A stretch of 49,027 nt of DNA from positions 1 to 49,027 of the forward strand of contig JADFHP010000001.1 of NCBI GenBank assembly GCA_022567135.1. Reading direction: 5' to 3'. Position numbers and translations under genes: made by a program. Below are positions 25,205 through 35,280 of this stretch, in pieces; the stretch's first letter is position 1, and each line of letters starts with the position of its first letter. This DNA is from Chloroflexota bacterium. Its GTDB lineage: Bacteria > Chloroflexota > Dehalococcoidia > Lucifugimonadales > Lucifugimonadaceae. The notes under the pieces were generated by a model. It saw only the letters and a list, made by a program, of their open reading frames with translations, did not search any database and had not been told where the DNA came from.

Positions 25205-26096
25205 CCGCGTAATGGTCCGGCGCCGGGCCGTATGGGAGCAGATAGGCGACCACGTGGCACTCACCAAGCCGCGGGTTATGTCACTCCTTCTCTACACGGC
25301 GCTTGGAGGCATGGTTCTGGCGGCCCGCGGCCTGCCGGACATCGTGGTCCTGGTCTCTGTTCTCGTGGGCGGGGCTCTTGCATCCGGAGGGGCGAGTTCG
25401 ATTAACCATGGGCTGGAAGGCGAGTTGGACGTGGCGATGCGCCGGACCAGAATGAGGCCTGTGGCTTCTGGCCGGATCTCGCCCCGTCATGCGATCGCCT
25501 ACGGCGTTGCCCTCAACATCGCGGCGTTTGCGGTGATTCTGCTCGGCGCGAACCTGCTGGCGGCCGGCCTCGCCATGAGCGGGACGGTGATATACGTGTT
25601 CGTCTACACGCTATGGCTCAAGCGATCGACCTCGCAGAACATCGTCATAGGCGGAGCCGCGGGCGCCATCCCTCCCCTGGTCGGGTGGGCGGCCGTGACC
25701 GGCAACGTGGCGCTGCCGTCCTGGTATCTGTTCAGCATCATCTTCTTCTGGACGCCGCCCCACTTCTGGGCTCTGGCGATCATGATCAAGGACGACTACA
25801 AGGCGGCGGGCGTGCCCATGCTTCCGGTGGTCGTCGGTTTCCGGGAGACTCGCCGGGCGATGTTCCTCTATACGCTCATCCTCACGGCGCTCACGGCGCT
25901 CCTCTACGTCACGACGGAACAGCTCGGCCTCTTCTACTTGATCGGCGCTCTTTCACTCGGGGCGGCGTACATCTACTTCTCAGCCAGGCTGTGGTGGAAG
26001 GAAGGGCGCGGGCCGGTCGTAACGCTCTACAAGTTCTCGCTTCTGTACCTCGGCCTGCTATTCACCCTCATAATGGTGGACGCCAGCCTGTCTTAG
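25197..26096 (+). CDS. ctaB: Protoheme IX farnesyltransferase (heme O synthase)
   Basis: 299 aa from the UbiA family, with NHGLEGELDVAMRRTRMRPVASGRI and WTPPHFWALA. Confidence 0.9.
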   Translation: MSSRVMVRRRAVWEQIGDHVALTKPRVMSLLLYTALGGMVLAARGLPDIVVLVSVLVGGALASGGASSINHGLEGELDVAMRRTRMRPVASGRISPRHAIAYGVALNIAAFAVILLGANLLAAGLAMSGTVIYVFVYTLWLKRSTSQNIVIGGAAGAIPPLVGWAAVTGNVALPSWYLFSIIFFWTPPHFWALAIMIKDDYKAAGVPMLPVVVGFRETRRAMFLYTLILTALTALLYVTTEQLGLFYLIGALSLGAAYIYFSARLWWKEGRGPVVTLYKFSLLYLGLLFTLIMVDASLS

Positions 26097-26233
26097 GCGC
26101 GGCGGTCCGGCGGCGCCCAGGCCTTCAACACGGGTGGCGAGATGGGCGGCAGACAGTTGGCCGGATCGAGAGGCGGTACGAACGGCCATGATCCGCGATC
26201 AGCGCAATCAGATGGTAGAGGAGTGAACGGGCG

Positions 26234-27190
26234 TTGAGTTGGACTCGCACATTGGGCGTGAGTCTGGGCGCGGCAGCCGGCAGCTACGTGGCGATCTCCG
26301 CGCTGATGGCGCGCGGCCTTACCCGGGCTGAGCGAAGGCCGCTGCTGGATAGCCCGGCGTCGGTCGGGCTTGAGTATACGGACATCACGTTCCGGAGCGC
26401 GGGCGACCGGCTGACGCTTTCGGGCTGGCTGGTCCGGCCCGGCCGGACGGTGCCCGACACCGCTATTCCATGGGTGGTCATGGTCCATGGCAACGGCGCA
26501 CACCGCGCGGACCCGGAAACGGGCGCTCTTGCGTTGATGCGCGATCTCGCCAGGGCCGGATACGGCGTGTTCCTCTTCGATCTGCGCGGCTGCGGCATTT
26601 CACCGGCTCAACCAGCATCGGCCGGGTATCACGAGCAACGCGACCTGCTTGGCGCGCTGCACTATCTTGAAGCGCTGGGAGTGCAGCAGAAAAACATCGC
26701 CGTGCTGGGCTTTTCGCTGGGTGCCGCGGTGGCGCTGCTGGTGTGTGCGGGCGGGAATGGCGCGGCGGCGGTCATCGCGGACAGTCCGTTTGCCGATCTG
26801 GAGTTGCGGGTCCGGCAGGGCATGGTTGGCAACTTCATGCCTCTGAAAGTATTTGAGCCCGGCATGCGCCTGATGGCCCGGCTGTTGTATGGAATCGACA
26901 TTCGGAGCGTCAGCCCAATGAGAGCGCTGGCGAATACGGATCTTCCGGTTCTGCTGATCCATGGCGAACTGGACGAGATGGTGCCGATGGTCCACTTCAG
27001 GCTGCTCAGCCGCTCGGTTGAATCCGGGGCCGGCGAGACGTGGCTGGTGGATGGAGCCGGCCACGCGGAGGCTTACCGGCGTAATCCGGAAGAGTATTCA
27101 TCCAGGGTGATCGAGTTTCTCAGCAAGAACCTGGACGCGGCGCCCGCACCCCTCGCGCCGCGTTCGGAATCGGGGCCGACCGAGCGCTAA
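26234..27190 (+). CDS. Alpha/beta hydrolase with an N-terminal membrane anchor
   Basis: 318 aa. It has HGNG, the nucleophile elbow GFSLGA, and IHGELDEMVP...GAGH (Asp/His region). Confidence 0.8.
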   Translation: MSWTRTLGVSLGAAAGSYVAISALMARGLTRAERRPLLDSPASVGLEYTDITFRSAGDRLTLSGWLVRPGRTVPDTAIPWVVMVHGNGAHRADPETGALALMRDLARAGYGVFLFDLRGCGISPAQPASAGYHEQRDLLGALHYLEALGVQQKNIAVLGFSLGAAVALLVCAGGNGAAAVIADSPFADLELRVRQGMVGNFMPLKVFEPGMRLMARLLYGIDIRSVSPMRALANTDLPVLLIHGELDEMVPMVHFRLLSRSVESGAGETWLVDGAGHAEAYRRNPEEYSSRVIEFLSKNLDAAPAPLAPRSESGPTER

Positions 27191-27207
27191 CGCGGGGTCG
27201 GGTTCGA

Positions 27208-27570
27208 TCAGGCCGCGGCGATTGCTTCTTGCGCCGTCTCGGCCAGTGAGGTGAATGCGGTTGGCTCCCGAACGGAAAGGTCGGCCAGGATCTTCCTGTC
27301 TACCTCCACGCCGGCAAGCTTGAGGCCGCGCATCATTCGGGAGTAGGTCAGGCCGTTTGACCTGGCGGCCGCATTGATCCTGATGATCCACAGGGAGCGC
27401 ATGTCCCGCTTGCGCAGCTTGCGGTGGGCGGTTGCGTATGCCAGCCCGTGGATTAGCGACTCTTTTGCCACCTTGTAGCGCGTGCGGCGCGCTCCGCGAT
27501 GGCCCTTGACGGCCTTCAAGACAGCTTTGTGCCGCCTTCGACGCGTGAAACCGCTTTTTACTCTCGCCAA
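27208..27570 (-). CDS. rplT: 50S ribosomal protein L20
   Basis: MARVKSGFTRRRRHKAVLKAVKGHRGARR...WIIRINAAAR is unmistakable L20. Confidence 0.97.
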   Translation of the reverse strand: MARVKSGFTRRRRHKAVLKAVKGHRGARRTRYKVAKESLIHGLAYATAHRKLRKRDMRSLWIIRINAAARSNGLTYSRMMRGLKLAGVEVDRKILADLSVREPTAFTSLAETAQEAIAAA

Positions 27571-27653
27571 CTCTGGGATCTCCCTTGCGGCGCCTCAGCC
27601 GGGCAACCCCGGCGTCAGCAGGCGGCCGCTCAACACGTAATGTCTCTCTGAAC

Positions 27654-27848
27654 TTAGTGGGGCAGGAACTGTTTTATCTTCTTGGCCATCGCCGGCGCAG
27701 TTGCGATCTTCTTATCGAACTTGCGCTTGACGCGCGCTGACTTGTTCCTGCGCAGGTGGCTCTTCGGGCCCTTCGTTCGGACGACCTTGCCGGTTCCCGT
27801 TACGTGGAACCGCCTCTTGGCGCCCTTGTGAGTCTTTATCTTTGGCAT
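27654..27848 (-). CDS. rpmI: 50S ribosomal protein L35
   Basis: MPKIKTHKGAKRRFHVTGTGKVVR...HLRRNKS. Confidence 0.95.
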   Translation of the reverse strand: MPKIKTHKGAKRRFHVTGTGKVVRTKGPKSHLRRNKSARVKRKFDKKIATAPAMAKKIKQFLPH

Positions 27849-27855
27849 ATGTCTT

Positions 27856-28413
27856 CTATTTAGTTGCGGATGCTGCGCCGACCGGCTGGCCGGTACTGGG
27901 TGCGAGCACGATGCTCAGTGCGCGCTGCTCCACGGTCGGAGCCTTTTCGAGCTTCGCCTCTTCGGCCACTGCCTCGGCCACGCGTCGCAGGACCTTCACG
28001 GCGATTTCAGGATGCTGGTTCTCGCGTCCCCTCAGCATGACCGTCACTTTGACTTTGGCGCCTTCGTTGAGAAGCTGCTTGACCTTGCGAATCTTTGACT
28101 CGATATCGTGCTGGCCTATCTTGGGCCGCAGGCGGACTTCCCGCTGAACGTTTTTGACCTGGTGCTTTTTCGCCTCTTTGGCTTTCTTGGCCTGCACGAA
28201 CTTGAAGCGTCCATAGTCGAGCAGTTTTACAACCGGCGGATTCTGGTTGGGTGAAACTTCCACCAGGTCCAGTCCCTGGTCGCGGGCAATCTCAAGCGCT
28301 TCGCGTGTTTCCAGAACGACGGCATCAGCTCCCTCTTCACCGTCGCCACCCGACCCTATGAGGCGCACCTCGCGGGCTCGGATCAGATGATTGATTCTGT
28401 ACTCTCTGGCTAT
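27856..28413 (-). CDS. infC: Translation initiation factor IF-3, probable non-canonical ATA start
   Basis: It has RINHLIRAREVRLIG...ALEIARDQGLDLVEVSP...PVVKLLDYGRFKF. The track ORF begins at a TTG (28479) with no RBS. The ATA at 28413 is preceded by GGGAG 9 nt upstream and gives a normal-length N-terminus. Confidence 0.85.
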   Translation of the reverse strand: MAREYRINHLIRAREVRLIGSGGDGEEGADAVVLETREALEIARDQGLDLVEVSPNQNPPVVKLLDYGRFKFVQAKKAKEAKKHQVKNVQREVRLRPKIGQHDIESKIRKVKQLLNEGAKVKVTVMLRGRENQHPEIAVKVLRRVAEAVAEEAKLEKAPTVEQRALSIVLAPSTGQPVGAASATK

Positions 28414-28837
28414 ACTCGGACGCTCCCTGGAACATGACTCCGACGCCGCAGTGCGGCAAAAGATTTCTACAGGCTGCAAGTATATAGATCGTGTATAAGG
28501 AGCGTCAACGGAAATCCCCCCTGTTTCTAGTCGTCTGCCGGGGGTGGTCCGGGGGGGTTCTGGAAGGGGGTGCGGACCAACTGGCCGCCGGGTGATCCAA
28601 TCCCAATTTCGGGCGCAGTAGCAGAGCGAATTGCGCCCCCGGGGTGCCGCTGGGCGGGGCGGCGGTCAACCTTGTGCTACGATGAACCTAACTCCCTCAC
28701 TCAGCGTAGAGCGGTTCAGTAATGCACCTCTTCGCCGATTCCCGCGTCGAAAACATTGTTCGACGCAAAAATCTGGGCGGCTCCCGTGCGCGGACGCGCA
28801 CCGAGTCAGCCGCAAAGGAACACGGAGTAACACACCG

Positions 28838-30769
28838 ATGAGCAACCGCTGGATGCGGAACGGTTTTATCTATGTCTTGATTGTGCTCGGTGTGATCACG
28901 ATCTTCCTGATATTTTTCAATGACCCTCTTGGCGACAGCCAGGAGATTGACATCACCGACGTGATCGCCCGGGCCCAGACTGGAAGCCGGCTGCAGATCG
29001 AGGTGTCCGGCGACAACCTGACGATCAGGGACGGCGCCGCCACTTTCCACTCCCGCAAGGAGCCCAATTCGAGCCTGGTAGAGACGCTGGTGAATGCCGG
29101 CGTGGACACCGGCAACGTGTCAATCACTGTGAAGGGCTCGAGCGGCCTCGGCAGTTTCATCGGCATATTGTTCAACTTCCTGCCCCTGATCCTGTTCGGC
29201 GGAATTCTGCTGTTCATGATGCGGCAGGCCCAGAGCAGCGGTAACCAGGCGATGGGATTCGGAAAGAGCCGCGCCCGTATGTTCGTTGGCGCCAAGGCGA
29301 CGGTGACGTTCTTTGACGTTGCCGGCGCGCCTGAGGCCAAGGAGGAGTTGGAAGAAGTTGTCGAATTCCTGAAGTACCCGGAGAGATTCCTCGCGCTGGG
29401 AGCGCGGATCCCTGCCGGCATTCTGCTGATCGGCCCTCCCGGCACCGGCAAGACCCTTATCGCCAGGGCCGTCGCGGGCGAGGCCGGCGTACCGTTCTTC
29501 TCGATATCCGGTTCTGAATTCGTGGAGATGTTCGTCGGCGTCGGCGCTTCCCGTGTGCGCGACCTTTTCGAGCAGGCAAGGCGCCACGCGCCATGCATTA
29601 TCTTCATCGACGAGATCGACGCCGTGGGCCGCCACCGCGGCGCCGGCCTTGGCGGCGGCCACGATGAGCGCGAGCAGACGCTGAACCAGATCCTCGTCGA
29701 GATGGACGGGTTCGAGACGTCGACCAACGTTATTGTCCTAGCGGCCACGAACCGGCCGGACATCCTTGATCCGGCACTTCTGCGGCCGGGCAGGTTCGAC
29801 CGGCGGGTCATCCTGGACACGCCCGACATCCGCGGCCGCACCGCTATCCTGGAGGTCCACTCCAAGGGCAAGCCGATGGAGCCTGAGATCGATCTGACCG
29901 AGATCGCCAAGCAGACGCCAGGCTTCAGCGGCGCCGACCTGGCCAACCTGATCAACGAGTCGGCCATCCTCGCGGCGCGCAGAAACCGGAAGAGCATCAG
30001 CTTTGACGAGATGACTGAGGCGATCGACAGGGTTATCGCCGGACCTGCGCGGAAGAGCAGGGTGATCAGCCCACAGGAAAAAAAGGTGGTCGCCTACCAC
30101 GAGGCGGGCCATGCCCTGGTGGCCCAGCTCGAGCCGGATGCCGACAGGGTCCACAAGATCTCAATCGTCGCCCGCGGGCGCATGGGCGGCTATACCCGCT
30201 TCGTGCCGGACGAAGAACGGACTCTCCAGACCAAGGAGCAGTTCCGTGCCATCATCGCCGCCGCCATGGGCGGCCGGGCGGCCGAGATGATCAAGTTCGA
30301 TCAGATCACCACCGGCGCATCGGACGATATAGAAAGGGCAACCGCAATCGCCAAGTCTATGGTGACCCAGTACGGCATGAGCGAAAGGCTCGGGCCGAGG
30401 TCGTTCGGGAAGCGCCAGGAGATGATCTTCCTCGGCAAGGAGCTCGGCGAGCAGCGCGACTACAGCCTTCGCACAGAGGCGATCATCGACCAGGAGATTG
30501 ACGCCGAGCTCGACCGGGGCCTGACCGAAGCGAAGCGCTACATCTCCGAGAACATGGACGCTCTCGAGCGCATTGCGCTGTTCCTGCTCGAGAACGAGAC
30601 CATCGACCAGAAGCAGATCGTGGCCCTGATCGCGGACGAAGAGATGCCGGAGCCACCGGCGCCCAAGCCGACCCCGAAGCCCGAGGCTGAGGCCGAGGCC
30701 GAGCCGGAGTCACCGCCCGAGACGACGGACAGCCCGGACATCAGCAGGCCCGAACCCGAGGGCATCTAG
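28838..30769 (+). CDS. ftsH: ATP-dependent zinc metalloprotease FtsH
   Basis: Trimmed to the ATG at 28838 ([19 protein letters not shown]...). It has Walker A GPPGTGKT, Walker [31 protein letters not shown] and the zinc site HEAGHAL. The tail is Pro/Glu/Ala-rich. Confidence 0.97.
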   Translation: MSNRWMRNGFIYVLIVLGVITIFLIFFNDPLGDSQEIDITDVIARAQTGSRLQIEVSGDNLTIRDGAATFHSRKEPNSSLVETLVNAGVDTGNVSITVKGSSGLGSFIGILFNFLPLILFGGILLFMMRQAQSSGNQAMGFGKSRARMFVGAKATVTFFDVAGAPEAKEELEEVVEFLKYPERFLALGARIPAGILLIGPPGTGKTLIARAVAGEAGVPFFSISGSEFVEMFVGVGASRVRDLFEQARRHAPCIIFIDEIDAVGRHRGAGLGGGHDEREQTLNQILVEMDGFETSTNVIVLAATNRPDILDPALLRPGRFDRRVILDTPDIRGRTAILEVHSKGKPMEPEIDLTEIAKQTPGFSGADLANLINESAILAARRNRKSISFDEMTEAIDRVIAGPARKSRVISPQEKKVVAYHEAGHALVAQLEPDADRVHKISIVARGRMGGYTRFVPDEERTLQTKEQFRAIIAAAMGGRAAEMIKFDQITTGASDDIERATAIAKSMVTQYGMSERLGPRSFGKRQEMIFLGKELGEQRDYSLRTEAIIDQEIDAELDRGLTEAKRYISENMDALERIALFLLENETIDQKQIVALIADEEMPEPPAPKPTPKPEAEAEAEPESPPETTDSPDISRPEPEGI

Positions 30770-30880
30770 GCAGGTGTCCCTGCACCTTGTCGGGAATGGA
30801 CCGTTAGAGGCCTGATTGGGGGCGAATTCTCCCAAATGGGTTGATGCGGCGCGGTGAAGTTGGGCAGATTACGAAAGAGA

Positions 30881-30902
30881 GGCCCGCTCGATTGAGCGGG
30901 CC
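30881..30902. terminator. Bidirectional intrinsic terminator hairpin
   Basis: GGCCCGCTC-gatt-GAGCGGGCC is followed by gttcttgtt on the plus strand and by tctctttcg on the minus strand. It lies between the convergent ftsH and 30929..31225 genes. Confidence 0.6.
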
Positions 30903-30928
30903 GTTCTTGTTGGCTATTGATCCGGCGG

Positions 30929-31225
30929 CTATTCGGCCTCGGCGGCATTTTCGTCCTGTGGGTGGAGCGGCCGCTCGCGGTAGTAGAGGCCCCAGCGGTT
31001 CATGATCTCGCCCACGGCGGGCAGGTCGAGGGCTGCGATCTCCTTGAAGAAGCCGGCCAGCACGTGGGCGTGCCTGTCTTCCTCGGTGCAGACCCAGCTA
31101 TGCTCGGCGGGGACCATGTAGAGCAGGCCGTTCTGGTGCTTGCACTGCATCTCAAGGCGGTCGCCTGTCTCACCCGGGTGAATTGTCAGGCCGTAGTTTG
31201 GGCTGTTCTCAGATGTGGTAGTCAT
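30929..31225 (-). CDS. Hypothetical small protein (98 aa)
   Basis: The ORF has plausible composition and sits between a terminator and the next gene. No family recognised. Confidence 0.4.
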   Translation of the reverse strand: MTTTSENSPNYGLTIHPGETGDRLEMQCKHQNGLLYMVPAEHSWVCTEEDRHAHVLAGFFKEIAALDLPAVGEIMNRWGLYYRERPLHPQDENAAEAE

Positions 31226-31300
31226 GCGTGCCGGAGTCTCCGTGGATGATATGCGGGAATGTGAGGACTATCGTAGCCTGCTCCGGTGGATCAGTCCCAC

Positions 31301-31735
31301 TTATAGCGCGGTCCCGTACACGCGTTCCGGTACTACGGTGATGACAACACGGTGGTCGTCGATCATCGCCTGGTCGTATTCGTCCCAGTTCTCGTGTTCT
31401 CCGGAGATCTGCCGGTAGACCTGGCGGCATGCGGCGAGATACTCGTCCCGGGGCGTGCCAGCCTGGTCGATGATCTCTGCGCGGCCTTCGAGCACGATGT
31501 ATCCCCACCAGTCGTCCTTCGACACGAGCAGCGAGCAGCGGGGGTCGCGGCGCAGGTTGATCAGCTTGGCCCGGTCTTCGGTTGTGGTGAACGCAACGCC
31601 ATCGCCGAGCGGAGTGCAGACGACGATGCTCATCTGCGCTGCGCCATTCTTGCGAAACGTTGTGATGACGCCTTTGCTGTTCTCGCTCGCAAATTTCCGA
31701 GCCTCATCTGTCAGCATGTTTTTTTCTCCACTCAC
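31301..31735 (-). CDS. PPOX-class (pyridoxamine 5'-phosphate oxidase-like) probable F420-dependent enzyme
   Basis: 144 aa. The pattern GVITTFRKNGAAQMSIV....DG..AFTTTEDRAKLINLRRDPRCSLLV...W..Y..LEG.AEI is typical. Confidence 0.7.
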   Translation of the reverse strand: MSGEKNMLTDEARKFASENSKGVITTFRKNGAAQMSIVVCTPLGDGVAFTTTEDRAKLINLRRDPRCSLLVSKDDWWGYIVLEGRAEIIDQAGTPRDEYLAACRQVYRQISGEHENWDEYDQAMIDDHRVVITVVPERVYGTAL

Positions 31736-31805
31736 GATTGTTGATTCTTGGAAACTGGCGAGCGGGCAGGACCGATAGCGCTACTGTTCGTTAAGGGAGG
31801 CCTCA

Positions 31806-32288
31806 TTACAGGACGAAATCGACCTCATACATGTCGTAGTGTGCCAGTTTCATGCCCAGGCTTTCGTAGACAGAGTGGGCGACCGCGTTTTCGCGCTCGA
31901 CGTAGAGTCGGATGCCCGCCACGCTTCCGCGTTCCAGCGCATCTGTTTTGACGGCCTCATACAGCCGTCGGTAGACGCCGCGCCTTCGCCAGCCGGGCTC
32001 GACGTAGACGCTCTGGATCCACCAGATGACGCCGTTCCGCCAGTCGCTCCACTCGTATGTGATGAGAAGTCCGCCGACGATCTTGTTGTCAGTAGATGTT
32101 GCGACGAGGTAGAAACCGCGATCTTCGGACTGGAAAACCGCCGCGACGCCGGCATTTACGGTTTTGCGGTCGAGTTCCCGGCCCTCGGTCTCACGGGCCA
32201 TCGCCAGATTGAATGCGACGAGGGCGTCACGATCGCCGGGCTGCCCGCGCCTGATCTGCATGTTTCCGCTCGTTCGCTTACCCGGCAT
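31806..32288 (-). CDS. GNAT-family N-acetyltransferase
   Basis: 160 aa. WIQSVYVEPGWRRRGVYRRLYEAV matches the acetyl-CoA-binding motif A (Q/RxxGxG/A-like). Confidence 0.8.
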   Translation of the reverse strand: MPGKRTSGNMQIRRGQPGDRDALVAFNLAMARETEGRELDRKTVNAGVAAVFQSEDRGFYLVATSTDNKIVGGLLITYEWSDWRNGVIWWIQSVYVEPGWRRRGVYRRLYEAVKTDALERGSVAGIRLYVERENAVAHSVYESLGMKLAHYDMYEVDFVL

Positions 32289-32411
32289 GCGCCGGGTTCG
32301 GCACCGGGGCGTTTCGTACTAACATTCTGACTCTCACCTGCCTGACACTCGGGCTGTTCCAGCAGATACGACGATCAGGATAGTTCGGAAGGCCCAAGGG
32401 GGTGTAAACAT

Positions 32412-33068
32412 ATGTCGATTCATTACGAGGACGATGGCCTGTTGTTGCAGGTGTTCGTCTCCGGCTTCTCCAACAACGCGTGGCTGGTCACTTCTAAGAG
32501 CCGCAATCAGAGCCTGATCATCGACACTCCGGGCGATCCTCATGAGTTGCTTGCCGCTGTGCAGGATACCGAAATCGCCGCCGTCTTGATCACTCACAAC
32601 CACTGGGACCATCTCCAGGGTTTCGAGGACGTGATGCGCGTGCTCGATGCGCCTGTCGGCATTGGCGAGGCGGATGCGCCAGAGGTGGAGAAGACGGGAA
32701 CCTCGCCGTCCATAGACGTGTCCGACGGCGCGCTCATCGCGGTCGGAGACCTTGAACTGAGGGCAATTGCGACGCCGGGCCACACGCCGGGCTCGACCTG
32801 CTACTACTTGAATCTGAATAGCGGCCATCTCTTCTCTGGCGACACGTTGTTTCCGGGAGGTCCGGGACGGACGGGGTCGCCGGCGAGCCTGGAACAGATC
32901 ATCGGGAGCATCGGTGCGAAACTGCTCACGCTCCCGCCTCAGACCGCCGTCCATCCGGGCCATGGAGACGACACGTCCGTGGGCGAGGCGAAGAGCGATT
33001 ACGATGCATTCATCGCCAGGCCGCGTCCGGAAGGCCTCTCAGGCGAAGTGACCTGGCTTGGCAGCTAG
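32412..33068 (+). CDS. MBL-fold metallo-hydrolase (glyoxalase II-like)
   Basis: 218 aa with VLITHNHWDHLQG (HxHxDH), TPGHTPGS, GDTLF and HPGHG. Confidence 0.8.
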   Translation: MSIHYEDDGLLLQVFVSGFSNNAWLVTSKSRNQSLIIDTPGDPHELLAAVQDTEIAAVLITHNHWDHLQGFEDVMRVLDAPVGIGEADAPEVEKTGTSPSIDVSDGALIAVGDLELRAIATPGHTPGSTCYYLNLNSGHLFSGDTLFPGGPGRTGSPASLEQIIGSIGAKLLTLPPQTAVHPGHGDDTSVGEAKSDYDAFIARPRPEGLSGEVTWLGS

Positions 33069-33097
33069 GCCGGGCCGCTCGGCCGATCGCTAGATCA

Positions 33098-33823
33098 ATG
33101 ACTTTCCCGGTCGTTCACCAAGCCGTTCAATGGACCACGCGAGACGTGGTAAAAGCGACCGTGGCGGCGGTAGCCGTCGTGTCCGTCCTTGGAATCGTCG
33201 TTGCCGTCATCATCTCTCAGGACGGCAATGAGAACATCCTCATCGACCGGACTTTTGCCGGCGTGCCCCTTGGCCTCTGGGTCATCGCCTTTCAGCAGCT
33301 TGTTTTCGTCTTTGCCGCCTGGAACTGGTCGGTCACCAAGTACGGGGCGCGGCCGCGTGCCCTCGGCTTCGTAAGGGCAGCCGGGCAAAGACCCTACCTG
33401 AAAGCCCTGCTGGGATGGCTCCTCGCTCTCGCGGCCATCATTTCGTGGGCGCTTTTCATTGAAGCAGTCGGCATCGATTCGCTTGATCCCAACGACAACA
33501 TAAACGACATCATCGACATTGGCGGCAGCCTGGTGCTGTCAGTTGCCATCGTGGGGATCTGGGGGCCGCTTACGGAGGAGATCTTTTTCAGGGGATTCGT
33601 ACTCGGCGGGCTGCGAAGACGGTTTGGCAATCGGGGCGCGCTCGTGTTGAGCGCAGGACTGTTCGCGCTGTTCCACATCGACCCGACAATTTATGTGCCG
33701 ATCTTCTTTTTTGGTATCGTTCTCGGCTGGCTGTATCTGCACACAGGGTCTATCTGGCCCTCAGTGGCCGTACACGTAGTCCACAACACGACGATATTGC
33801 TGGCGACGACGCTGGTCGAGTAG
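33098..33823 (+). CDS. CPBP-family intramembrane glutamic endopeptidase (CAAX protease-like)
   Basis: 241 aa and polytopic, with the motifs EEIFFRGF, FALFH and HVVHN. Confidence 0.8.
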   Translation: MTFPVVHQAVQWTTRDVVKATVAAVAVVSVLGIVVAVIISQDGNENILIDRTFAGVPLGLWVIAFQQLVFVFAAWNWSVTKYGARPRALGFVRAAGQRPYLKALLGWLLALAAIISWALFIEAVGIDSLDPNDNINDIIDIGGSLVLSVAIVGIWGPLTEEIFFRGFVLGGLRRRFGNRGALVLSAGLFALFHIDPTIYVPIFFFGIVLGWLYLHTGSIWPSVAVHVVHNTTILLATTLVE

Positions 33824-33835
33824 CAGGAAATCGCT

Positions 33836-34660
33836 TTGACCGACCGGGTACGCGAGGCATTCGAGAACGCCCGTAAAGAGGGGCGGATCGCGCTTGTGCC
33901 TTTCCTGACGGTAGGCCATCCGACGGTGGAGGCGTCCATCGCATCGGCGCGAGCCGTGGTCGATGCGGGCGCCGACGCGCTGGAGCTTGGCGTGCCGTTC
34001 AGCGACCCGCTGGCCGACGGGCCGGTGATCCAGATGTCCAATTTCAAGGCGCTTGAGCAGGGAGTGACAGTAGACACCTGCATTGACGCCGCCCGGCAAC
34101 TGCGCGCTGAGGGTGTGACGGTGCCGATCATCCTGATGGGGTCGTACAACCCGATTCTGTCCTATGGTCTGGCCGAGTTCTGCGCCGATGCGGCAGCTGC
34201 GGGCGTTGACGGCCTGATCGTCTCCGATCTGCCGACTGAGGAGACGGGGCCGCTTCTCGCAGAAGCGAAGCCGGCGGGGCTGAGCCTGGTGCCATTGCTT
34301 GCTCTGACGAGCTCTGAAGAGCGAATCCAGAGCGCGTGCCGGGAAGCATCGGGCTTCATCTACTGTGTGGCCGTGCTGGGTGTCACGGGGGCGCGGGAGT
34401 CGGTCTCAGAGCGGGTACGGGGCCTCGTCGCGGACGTAAGGCGCAACGCCTCGCTGCCCGCTGCGGTAGGCTTTGGCATCTCCACGGCGGAGCATGTGGC
34501 GGAGGTAGCGACCTTTGCCGATGGCGCGGTGGTCGGCAGCGCGCTTGTACGGGCGCTGGACGACGGACCGCCGGAGACTGCTCCGCAACGGGCCAGGGAT
34601 TTTATAGAAGGCCTGGCAGCCGGCACGCGGCTGCCAGGAGCCGGGATTGGCGGGACCTAA
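33836..34660 (+). CDS. trpA: Tryptophan synthase alpha chain
   Basis: 274 aa with a TTG start. It has LVPFLTVGHP, ELGVPFSDPLADGPVIQ and GFGIST. Confidence 0.92.
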   Translation: MTDRVREAFENARKEGRIALVPFLTVGHPTVEASIASARAVVDAGADALELGVPFSDPLADGPVIQMSNFKALEQGVTVDTCIDAARQLRAEGVTVPIILMGSYNPILSYGLAEFCADAAAAGVDGLIVSDLPTEETGPLLAEAKPAGLSLVPLLALTSSEERIQSACREASGFIYCVAVLGVTGARESVSERVRGLVADVRRNASLPAAVGFGISTAEHVAEVATFADGAVVGSALVRALDDGPPETAPQRARDFIEGLAAGTRLPGAGIGGT

Positions 34661-34667
34661 ACCTCAT

Positions 34668-35030
34668 ATGTCCAAAGTGCGTGGAGTTCGCGGAGCGACG
34701 ACCGCGGCGGACTCGAGTGTCGAGGCGCTCGAAGACGCGACAGTTGACATGGTGAATGCGCTCGTCTCCGCGAACGGGATCGAGCCGGACGATATCGCTG
34801 CGGTGATGTTCACGACCAGCCCGGATCTCGTGAGCGATTTTCCTGCGCGTGTGGCTCGAGAGCGCATACCCGGGTGGGAGCATGTGCCGCTCATCAACAG
34901 CCACGAAATGGCGGTCCCGCACGGGCAGGACAGGTGTATACGCATGCTCGTTTTGTGGAATACTGATAAGAGGCAGGACGAGATAGAGCACATCTACCTG
35001 CGAGAGGCGCATGATCTGCGCCGACGCTAG
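34668..35030 (+). CDS. aroH: Chorismate mutase, AroH class
   Basis: Trimmed to the ATG at 34668, giving MSKVRGVRGATT.....E.I......L.......N......I....FT.T.DL...FPA as in AroH-type chorismate mutase. Confidence 0.85.
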   Translation: MSKVRGVRGATTAADSSVEALEDATVDMVNALVSANGIEPDDIAAVMFTTSPDLVSDFPARVARERIPGWEHVPLINSHEMAVPHGQDRCIRMLVLWNTDKRQDEIEHIYLREAHDLRRR

Positions 35031-35133
35031 AGAGCGATGAGAGAGATGGCCGACTCGATGAGTTCAGCGATGCCCGCACTGCGTGATAGCGCTCCGTCGG
35101 GCCGCGCCCCTGGATTCGCCACGCTGCTCAGCG

Positions 35134-35189
35134 CGTATAGCGGAAGGTTTACGTTGCCGGGATTCGGCTATCCGGTTTACGTCTATACG
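35134..35189 (+). promoter_or_regulatory. Hairpin (CGTATAG/CTATACG) enclosing two direct GGTTTACGT repeats, upstream of DAHP synthase
   Basis: The stem is 35134-35140 / 35183-35189. The direct repeats are at 35146-35154 and 35174-35182, with starts 28 nt apart. A second long hairpin at 35194-35238 follows. Confidence 0.35.
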
Positions 35190-35280
35190 AGCCGGTAGCG
35201 CCCTCACTCAGGGTTCGGACAGAATCCCGGCGGCTACCACCAAACACTCAATCCAACCCTAGTATTTTTGCGGTATAGCC

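Noticed and set aside
35194-35245. tRNA-like or tmRNA-like 3' end (GGGTTCGGACAGAATCCC ... GCTACCACCA)
   Set aside because: The would-be T loop is 12 nt rather than 7. There are no D or anticodon arms, and the 5' partner forms one long bulged hairpin. It is kept only as an unexplained structure.
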